Below are positions 42,480-53,584 of a stretch of 64,000 bases of DNA, piece after piece. Both the position numbers and the translations under genes were made by a program. The stretch covers positions 37,467,967 to 37,531,966 of the forward strand of contig CM120640.1 in assembly GCA_051362555.1 (NCBI GenBank), in the 5' to 3' direction. Each line of letters begins with the position of its first letter. Position 1 is the first letter of the stretch. A model generated the notes under the pieces. It was not told the origin of the DNA and searched no databases. It worked only from the letters and a program-made list of their open reading frames with translations. The stretch is from Lingula anatina (Eukaryota > Animalia > Brachiopoda).

Positions 42480-45400
42480 TCTAGTCAGTAGTATAAACTG
42501 TCCCCCATACTTAAATAAGCAGATCATGATGGGTATGGAAGGGGTATGTTTAAGTGCAAGTTGTTTACATAAGTATACCCCAGTACATAACCCAGCATTA
42601 ACTACTAGAGCAGAAAAAAAAGGTAAGACATACCATGGCTCCCTTCAACTATATATACAAGTCTATATACATACTGTCAGACAAAGTTTTTTTTTTATTT
42701 TTGATCCTAGACCAGCAATCTGTCTGTCATGTGCTCACAACACAGCTGTCCTTGGTCTACTGCCAAATAGTCTAATGCGATATTTCAAACCTCACATCAC
42801 AGCAATCATTAAAGCAGATACTGATGTGTAAACAGAACTTATATGCAGATTTAATGCATACAAATGTTTATATTACACTGACCATTTAACAATATCCAAG
42901 TAGAATTTAGTAATAAAGATTGAGCCTATGTTTTCCATTGCTACTTCCTTATTTTGTGGCCTGATACTAATGGTCTTATTGTTAACAATATGATGCTCCT
43001 TGGCGGGACACTGAACAATCTTAACCTTAAGGTGTGTCTACAATGAAGATAGGTTAATCCAGCTTTGTAAAGCTCCCCTGCAGCCATCCATAAGCGAGGA
43101 CATGGAATTATCATTGCTTATTCAGAGCATACTCTCATCACTGTGTTTTAAAAATTGATTAAAACATAGCTTGTGTCAAGTGCACCTCTTAAGGCCAATA
43201 TGTTTCAATCTATACATGTGCATGTGATGCAAATTTTGAAAGAAAAGACCAAAGGGGATGGGACTCTTTTTGCGCTGAATTTTCAAACATGGAAATATTC
43301 TTTTTTAGAGTAAAAATAAAAAGTTTGAATGGTCAGATTTATTTACTTTACCTTGGCTCTTCTACCCCTGAATTCTAATTACAAAGTAATATTTGCACTT
43401 CCCATGCTGACCTATCAGCCTAAAGTGATTAGGAAATCTCTTGAGATCTGAGACATTTTAGATTCAAGCCAAAAGCGAATGGGAAATCTCCTTAGACTCG
43501 AGAAGATAACCAGAACTATAGTATAGTGGTAAAATTGCTTTAACCTACTCTTTTCAGCAAGTTGGCAATGAACCCAAATGCAGTCTATAGAACATCTCAG
43601 GTCGATTGCAAATAACGTGAAGCGAAAGTGCTATTCACAATGCCTAACAAACGATACGATGCCCCTGGAGTTACAAGATACCAAGTATAATTAAAAATGC
43701 AATTTTTTTCTGTAAAACACTATTCCCCAACCTCAAATTTAAGCCTGGGGACCTACTGTTATCAAATGTAGAAGACTCACGTTTTTACTGAAGTTTGATT
43801 ATGAAATAATTTTTCACATATATCATGGATTTATAAAAAAATAATAACAAGTAAATAAACATTATCTATAAATGTGTTTCTGAAGGATGTGTATGAAATG
43901 ATTATGTATTTCAGTATATCTCTAAATGTTATCAATATTCATCCATAGAGATTACTGATAATATCACAATCTACATGAGACCACATGAAGTAGAATGCAA
44001 TGATTTCATGACTAAGGCACTTGTTAAATCCCCCCTCCCCCCGTCTTTCTCTTTCTCTTTCACTTAGAAATCCTAGAATATTGCAGCTGCTCACAATTAA
44101 GTTCAAGTTCATTAACCATCATTGGACATGTTCTAATTTTACAGGTTTCAAGTGTGTTATTTCCCTTAATGAATAACAGAACAGAATGAGCCACACTTAA
44201 CAAAATGCCAAGAACTAGTAACAATTTTCCAAGGATGTAATAAAACCAACACCCTCAAGTCATAACTATCCTATTCACTTCCTGTTTCTAATAAGTCAAT
44301 GGTGTACTAGTCATGCATATTTGCATAGGGAGGATATATCATGGTGTACCAGTATGCTCAGCTTTAAGTCATCATATATATATCTGGCTGTGATTTTACC
44401 TTTAGATAAACAAGCAGAGCCCATCGTCTCTCTCCCCAGCTGATCTCTCCTCCTTTAAGTAATCCTCCCCAGGTTTTAACACACACACTGTAGTTGTTTG
44501 CAGTCTAATAATTCCTCTCCCCAAGTGCATCAGGTTAACATGGCGGTTGTGTAAAAACAAGTCCCCATTGCTGGGCTCAGCGTGAATAGGACCATTGTAT
44601 TCAACTATGCACTGAATGAGAAAGTAGGTCACGACAGCAGCACCTCCATCTTGCCCATTTCAGGGGTCCCACTGACTCTCCAGTAATATAACAACAGGGG
44701 AAGATCGGGTTAATCTTGTCCAGTAAATGTGAAAGCTTATTCCACCAGCGTAGTAGTGCCACACTCCTCTCCACCACGGCCTTTCCTTAAGGACTGGCTA
44801 TTAATACTTGGCGGGTTAACCCTTCACTGCTTAAAACATCAATACCTATGGTTAGTGTGCTACACAAATACCTTTGAGGGAGTCATCCTCATATTAAGAG
44901 GATAGTTTTCAAATTCCAGGATCTAGCCAAGGAGGAGGGTTTTGTGTATGAGTCTCGTGTTTGTCCTTCAAGTTTAATTAGCAGGGAAACAATTGCGCCT
45001 GAGATTTCAGCTGACAGCCTTGAGAACAATTTATTGTGCTGTCAGACTGTAACTTGTTGGCTTAGAAAAACATAATCTTGACAGACAATTGTTGCAACAG
45101 AGTTGCAATGCAACTGTATGTGTAGTATAGTGATCAGATTAAAAAAAAAATTTTTTTTTTGAAATATGACAATCTTTAGGATAAAAATCAAAATGGGTTT
45201 AGCTGCACAGATGAAATGTTTTTATGCATTAATTCCACACAAATAGTGGGAAATGGTTTATGTATTTGTCATCATAAGCATAGCATCAAGTCGCTCATTT
45301 ACTTTTCCCCTTAACAATCTTTTCCATACTGTTGGACATTTTTGTTGGCTTCTCATTTTAATTTTTATTTTACTTTATGTAAGCAATTTTAAAGTCTTTT

Positions 45401-48400
45401 ATCCCATTTTATTTCAATTGCTGACCTACTATATCTCAAATTCATTTTTAAGTCAGCAGGTAAAGTTAATCACCTTTCTTTTTTTCAAGTTAATTAACTG
45501 CTTACGTTACTTCTGTTAACTGTACATGAAAAAGTATATTTTTTTGTGACAAAACTTTATATCAATTTAAATATGGTGTACTACACTACACAAAAACAAT
45601 TCATGGCAAATTCATGAACTTTCTATGTATATAGTAATATATACTGTACTGAGATTATGCATTTTAAGAAATCAATGCAACCACACAAATGTCTTAGCAT
45701 CTTGAAAGATCAAAATAATTTTGTTTAAGTATCTTTCTGTTAATTCTTTCCAGAGGCTTTGGCCATTTAATTGTAAAAAAAAAAATCACTTTTGCTTTTT
45801 TAACATTTCAGTTATTAATACAATTTTTTCCTTTCCACATACATACTAGTATAATGTTGTGACTCATAATCACTATTTCTGAAATAAATGAAAATTGAAC
45901 TCAACAGTACCACTGTTATCCTCATGCAGTACCAACGGTCACTTTCAACATGAAAATCTATATCCTGTTACCAATTAAGTGAATGTGTCCTCCCTACTCA
46001 TTGTAAGATTATCTAGAGTTCAGTATTCAGGAAAATTACATCTAGTAAAGTTATGGAGACAGTCCTGGTTTATTCCATTCTGAATAGCTGCAAGCTGCCA
46101 AGATTATCCCACCATAAAACTTATTTTTTCAGCCTTAACCCACAACCAAATCTATGAACTGAAAAAATTATGTTGGACCACAACATTTTTCCAAATCTAG
46201 GAATATTTTAATGAAAAAACAATGTTGAACCATGTAATATTTGTCTAAATCTGTGAGAATCTGGAGATATAATAAAGCAACAACATCATTTCTGCATTAT
46301 ATTGCTGTTTGTTTCAATCACTGCTGTATTGCTAAATGCCACGTACTCACCTATAGTAACAGTCTGTGCCTCATCTGGTACATCTTTCAACACCCCTCTC
46401 TGAATCAATTCTTCCCTGGTAGCACGCACAGATATCTTTCTCTCTAGATCTGGAATGGAAGGTTTGAACATTTGGAAATGTGCAATTAGATAAGTCTCCC
46501 TCCCCTTTTATTTTTGACTGTGAGCCTTTTTGTTTTTCAGTAATTAATACCTTGTTAATTACATGACAAAAGAAAAATCATGGCAGATCCAAGATAAATC
46601 CCCCCTCCCCCCAAAAAAAGTCATGTAAGGGAGTCTTTCCTCTAATTTTGGACAGGTGCAAGGGGCAGAATTCTACCAAAATTGATTTTGTTTTAGAAAA
46701 TGGAAGGGGGACTTTGACCAATACAACAGGGGCGGATAGAGGGCATTTTCTGGGTCTTTGGGAAGACAGTCAGAATTTTTGTATTTCACATTGACAGGAA
46801 TCTAATTTTTTCTGTCGAAAGAGGGTCAAAAATGAAGGATGAATCAACAAAGATCATTTTAAGACTGTCAGAAAATTTCTCTGGATCTGCCCCTGTACAA
46901 TACCATACAATACAGCTTACAGTAAAAACTACAACACTCACCAACTGCAGTCTTCTCTATCTTCTCGCTCTTTTTCTTCCTCTTCCACTTCCAGGGTTTG
47001 AATATCCTGCCCAGAGCCGCCAGCTTGCTGTGTTTTCTCTCTGGCACATGAATGTGGTGCACTGGCATCACTTCTGAGCCTGAACGCAATCCATTCTTTT
47101 TCTTATCTGGAAAACAAACAGCAGTAAAACTTCTGAATTACTGTTAAATCAGTGTCACGCTTATCAGAAAACAAACATGACATATATATTAAAATGATTG
47201 ACTGATACCGATATACTGATCAAGAAGTCACTCTAGAGTCAGAGGATGCTGGCAAATGTACAGCTAAGGCTCTGCTTTAGCACTGCAAAGGTTTGGACCT
47301 ACTTCAGTTTGAACTTTGGATATTTCAAAGAAAAATCTCTTTTAAGAATTACAAAATGAATAAATAAAATGTAACACATACTAAAAAAGAAAAGACTACA
47401 AACAGTGCCAAGTTTAAAAATAAGGGGAAAATCCTGTTTAACAGAAAAATCTATTTTAACATTCTTTGGGTGGTTGGCCGATGCCTCAAGCATTTCAATA
47501 CAGAAATAACCTGCAGAAAAGAGAAATGTTCAGGGAAGGTGCCAGGTAAAAACTGAACAATGCAGTAATTTTTGGCACTAGCTGCAGTGGCCTGTATTTG
47601 ATCCTTAAAGTGATTCCTTTGAGTTTGAGTGAAAACCTAATATCCATTTTACAGATATTTCTACTAGTTTTAAATTTTTTTTACCCCAAAAATAAAATGA
47701 CTCATTCAAAAAAAAAGACATACATTAAAGGGCTTACTAGTAACCTGTATTGTAAAGTTCATTAACATTTTTGGTCTCTGTTATTTGTCTTATACTGCAG
47801 ATTTTTGGTCTCTGTTATTTGTCTTATACTGCAGATTTTGACACCCTACTGTCTATAAACATGTTTTCATGAAAATAGTTTGTTTTTCAAATTTGTACAT
47901 GGTTTGCTTGAACATTATTGGTCTCTGTTATATGTCCTATAATGCAGATTCAAACATCCTAATGTATATTGTAATCTAATAATCATGTTTAAACATGGTC
48001 TGTTTTTCAAATCCCTCTATGATTTACTGCACAGTTGCTGGTCAATTTCAGTTTTACTAGGTCACCATCCTTTAAAACTTGAAGTCTGTTAAATTTCGGT
48101 GTACTTGACTTGAAAACTGTGGATTAAATTCTGAGAGCATTAACAACAACTGTAGAAGTTGCCATTTCATATAATGACCAACAACTTTACTGCATATGAA
48201 AATATATTCTCTTTATAGGGGATAGTTTGAGGAAAAAGTATTTCATAATAGGCCCATGAAAATACCACAGTCTAGAAATCAATATGCATCAAGATACTGT
48301 CACACATAGTTGAAAATAAGCCTCCAGGGTAATTGACTACAGGAAATAAATGTCCATTGAAAGAAATAGTTTAGGTTGACAGACTGATCAAAAACAGAGA

Positions 48401-51400
48401 TGGCTCACTGGTTCTGCTTTATTACAACACACACAGAAATGAAATAAAAAATAAACAAGGCAGCAGAGCTGTCATGTGTACAGACAAAAAGCAGAAAATA
48501 ATGATGCATAAAACTTCAACAAAAATAAACTAATCAAACTAATTTTTGAACTTGATCTATATATTAGACCTTTGAATAAGTGCTGCAAGTTTCAAAGCAA
48601 AATATGACATGGTTTACATTTTATTTGTATAATGCTGGATAAAATATGCTGGAAAAAAAACAGCATAACTTTTGGATAAATGGTCTGATCAGGCTGATTT
48701 TCCTGTATTTCCTTTCTCCTGATTTTCCTTGGATTGACCTGTATTTCATCAATATTCATCAGTTCTGTAAGTTTGAATACAAAAGGTAAAAAAATTTTCA
48801 TTTTATTTGTATAACAATGAAAATGCACTGTGACGATGATGTCGACAGACATAGGCAAAGGCAATCTGTGTCTATACATAAAAAGTAGAATTCAGTTATA
48901 AGTGAGCTAATTTTCATTTACAATTACATCTGAGGCAATAGCTACGTATACCTGAACAGAAAACCCTGAATTCTACTTTCAAAATCTTATCATGTTTCAA
49001 GTCAGTTACATATCCTGGCCATAACCTTCTTACTGTATTTACCTGATCCGATTTACAAATATGTCATTCAAAGTATCCTTGTGAATACAAACCCAACTCA
49101 GTCTCAAGAACGTGTAATGGTCATCATATGAAGTAAATTGTCCTAGTCCAGGAAGAAATGATACACTTCATCATGCACTCATGTCATTAAGCCAGCTTCT
49201 GTATGGAATTCTAAATCACTGCCACTGACAAACAATTTAGAATTTACTGTACGCGGATAATTTTTTTCTATTTCATTTGACTAGAAATATGTAATTATCC
49301 AAGGATTTTAATTGTAATGTATTTGTAAGATGACCTGTTTCTTTGTCATAGAAAAAAAAAAACATGAAACTGAATTGAAATGGGAAACTGTATACAGTAG
49401 CATGTTAGAAGAAAGTATCCACACTGGAAACAAAGCTTCATTTGAACCGACTGTGACAACCATTAAGCAGAGGTATAAATCAAAGATTTAAAAACAAGGC
49501 ACCATTAAGCACACCTCTACACTTTTGGAATTTTCATCTGCTTCATGTCAAATTCTATAATCAGCATATCCTAAAGAACATACGCCATCACATAACTATT
49601 TTTCCTGCTCATAATAGAGCAAGGCTTTCAATACAAAGAATTTAAAGAATCAATGCCTCCTACTCTTCCTGACTTGAATTTAAAAGATGTGCCAGTATTT
49701 GGACACCTTGTACTAGACAAAACATATGCTTCAAAAACTAATTTTTGAAAAAATAAATTAAAAGTAATGCAATGTTGTACATGGCTTTAGCAGTAAGATA
49801 TAGGCCTTTATATTTTGCTTCAAACAAATTCATAATAAAGAGACGCATGTACATCTGTGACCCTCTTGTCATCAAGTCATCCGACTGAGAGAGAGGAAAT
49901 TCCTTATGCACTACTGGCATTAAAAGAAAGCAGCCATGTACTTGCGCCTTAATCAAAACTCACATCTGTCACGCTGCCATACTTTCTGGCCACATAGCCA
50001 TACATCTTGGCATACTAATGCGTTCAGTTTTCCCCAATCTGGGCTGCAACAAACCAGACCACCAGTCACCAGAGCAGGGAATCATGCTCCCTGATTGTAT
50101 CCACACTTACCCTCACCCTCCTTCAATTCCTTCAACCTGTTCTTTCTTTTTCTCTTCCAGAATCTCATGTCTTCTTTAAATACTGTTTTTTTTTTTGTTT
50201 GCAGAATCTCACAGAATACAGGAATGCACACAAGACTTTCCTCTATAACTAATTCTGTTCTTGGTCCAAGTTGGAGTTGCCCTAAATTTGCTGCTCTCTT
50301 GGCTCAGGTCACTAAATTAAAGAGCAATTTACCCCGGGTCCTATTGGCTAGGCAAAGTCACATGGGCCACATCTGAAATATGCGTGTGATCTTTACGCTT
50401 ACATTCCGATGCCAGGGTAACTGGCCCACCCTGCTGTGAAGAATAACTTAAAACAGGGTCACAGGGAAGAGAGAGAGCTGCATATTGCATTTCACATTCC
50501 ACAAGTGTATCCAGTACAGAGAGCAGCACACACAAATACACACACACACACACAATGAGATGCAGTCAGTCACAGGAGCAATGTGAGTATTCAATATGAA
50601 TTCAACTTGAGGCAATGATAAACTTCTTCTTAAGTTCCTGTCCTTTGGGAGAACTTGGAAAATTACTGGACCTACTTTATTTTTTTTCTTCATATTTGTC
50701 ATTCTAGCTCAGAGATAGGCTTATACTGAAGGATGGTTTAAGAAAATAGAAGACGAGAAGAAAAAGAAGGTAAGTGGATCAAAGTGTTAGAGACTGTCTA
50801 AAATAAACTACACCTGTTATTTTGTCCCATAAATGGCATTTATACCAATAAAAATTGCTACAGATTTAGCTGGACAAGAGCCAAATGTGTCTCTACCTCC
50901 ATCATCTGCATAAAAATCCACTAGAAAAATCTCACTGCCATATAAATGTTATCATTACTGCCAATAAAAGTACCACAAAAAGTCAAGTTTTTGTACCAAC
51001 TGAAGAGGTGGTATTATGTGAGATGTATTGATCAGGGTCACACTTATTTACCATCCATAATGTATGAAGATTAACTGTTCTATCCTTTCACAGCAACAGA
51101 TCACTTCTAATCTGAGAAAATCTCTGCTAACCACCACTGATGTCAGCTTTCCATGAAACACTCCACAGCCTTCTTCAGGGTTCTTAGCTAGAAACTAATA
51201 CAGCGTATCTATTTCTTATTTACTGTCTTGAAACTAGGTGTTTAAGATGTGCACTAAACTGACACCACAAGATGATGCAGAGACAAGAAAGGCAGCCATT
51301 TTCAACAGTGATTCTTAAACCCACTTTATGCTTAAATTAATTTTTTTTTTCAAACAGAGACCACCAGTAAATATCTAATTTAATGCAAACAATTTTAATA

Positions 51401-51782
51401 AGTTTCAAATGTGTCTTACTTCGACCATGGGTTTATGGTACACGATTCAACAGTTATGTGACCAGGGCCCCTTAACTCAAAAGCATCGCGTATTGAGAAT
51501 AGCGATATCACATAGAGGCTACAATGTGTTATGTGGGGCGAGTATGGAATCGAAACGCTTGTGCTCAGTCGCAATGCGCGATGCTTTCGAGTAACGGGGT
51601 CCAGTTCACCCAATCTACATACGTCCCTAACCTAGTACTGTGTTCATCACAGCTTAAGCCAGCCTTTACAACTTGGTTTGCTTTAATATTGAATTTGAAG
51701 GTATCCATTAACCAAACTGTCTGTTGCCAAAGGCTCTCATTAACCATATTTCTGCAAACTCAGATCGAAACATCATCTTCAC

Positions 51783-51818
<36 letters not shown>

Positions 51819-53551
51819 CTAAGCAGTGGGAGAAAGGAGATTTAACACACAATATCAGAATCTATTTTTTCAACTGTCTCATTGAGAATTTACAGCCAGG
51901 AATGCTGATATAATGTACTAGTACAAATGTACAACCAACAGGGAACCAGCCTAAATCCTCTTGTCTTGCTAAGAACCAGTATTTTTCACTTTGGCAGGAG
52001 CAGGCCACCTCCAAATGTGCATGTTTTCCTTGTATGTCCTTTTTCATATAATAAAAATCTTTCTGTGTCAATCTGAATTTGAACAAGTCCCCTCAAAATA
52101 GCTTCCCAAATGATAGTCGCACTGTTCACTAGTATATATCATGGAGGTGTCACTGTACTGTGCTGCCACTGTGGCAAAATGAGGTACTAACTGATATATC
52201 ACCTGTGGAAATAAAATGAAGGGGCTTTATTGTATAAAATAATAGAAGTAAACTATAATTAATGTCAACATCAACTATGACATCTATGAAGTCTGAAGGC
52301 TAAACTGGAGCAAAATCTATTGAATATATGCTTTATATGATAGCTGCCAAACAGGATATTACAGAAGTGCAATGGACCATATAAGGGATGAGTTATGTTA
52401 ATTAACTTCATCATCACATATTAATGGGAATCATGAGACTGTTAGTGCTGCGTGATGTCACATAAGACTACTAAATATGTGAAAATTCAATTGAAGTGAG
52501 ACTAACCCTTTGGGAACAAGGATGAAACTCCCATGTGCTGAGAACGTTGGCATAAGGTGCATTCCCATAAACTCTTTAGGTCTACATAGATCGACCCAAC
52601 TCTGCAGGGTTTCTCACTGAGTGCATTCAGTTTAACAGATGAACAAGCCTCCTCCTGGCATTAAAGGGATAATAACTCTTCGTATGAGATCTATATTTCA
52701 CAATAAAAACATTGTGAATAACTCGTAGAAATACAATATATTCTGTTTTACGACAAAAACAGCAGTTATAGCTATTATTCTGATATCCGAGCTTGTCTTC
52801 AGATCACGTGACCTCCATTGATGGCTATACTCTGTTATAATATCTTAGGCTATACTCTGTTATAATATCTTAAGAGATTTTAACAAAAAACCTAACTTTT
52901 TTAGAAAAAAACAGGGACTAACTTTGAGTGTAAAAATGGATTCATTAACCATTGGTAAGTGTGGGGAAATTGTTGTTTACTCCAGGAAAGTTTTTATTCC
53001 TTAAGAAGTTTTTATTCCTTAAAGTGGAACACAGACAAGCTGGTGGTTATACAAGTATATTGGAAACAAAAGGAGACATGTCACTCAATTAAGCTAATTG
53101 CACTTAGCATGAGTTCACGCAGAGTTGGGTTGATCCACATAGACCGATGTTGTCTTTATGAGAATGGGGTCTTACAAAGCAAAAATCATGATGGGTACTT
53201 ATTGTGCAAGAAAAAAATTAACAAAACCTGAGAAAAGACAACCAAAAAAATATCTGTGGACAAATTCTATAACTTTTTGTTTGTTATCACACCATATTTG
53301 TTAGACTGTCATCATTTCTCATTTCTGACCCCTTTCTCTTCTAAATGCCACATGACTTTTGGCTACTGTGGATGATTCCTATTGCTCTAGAGATTAAGTT
53401 CCTCTTGTGGTAACCTTGAGCTGAATAATGCAATTTCCTGGCTATGTGGTTAGCTTTGGTTATTTTCACAAATAGCCACACCCAGTTGCAAACCATTTAA
53501 TGAAGGGAAGGCAAAAGACCTGAGAATTATTCATTTCACTGCTGACATTTT

Positions 53552-53584
<33 letters not shown>

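Noticed and set aside
43352-43367. 16-nt micro-exon candidate in a PHACTR intron (TTCAG|...AAG|GTAAAG)
   Set aside because: The length is not a multiple of 3, so it would frameshift, and there is no other support.
50448-50702. 84-aa minus-strand ORF containing RRSLSLP
   Set aside because: It runs into a (TG)n repeat, I found no compatible donor, and I recognise no homology.
52661-52820. Kolobok-like transposon end (TTAA-AGGG...) with CpGs
   Set aside because: I found no matching right terminus; it is probably a decayed fragment and cannot be classified without a library search.
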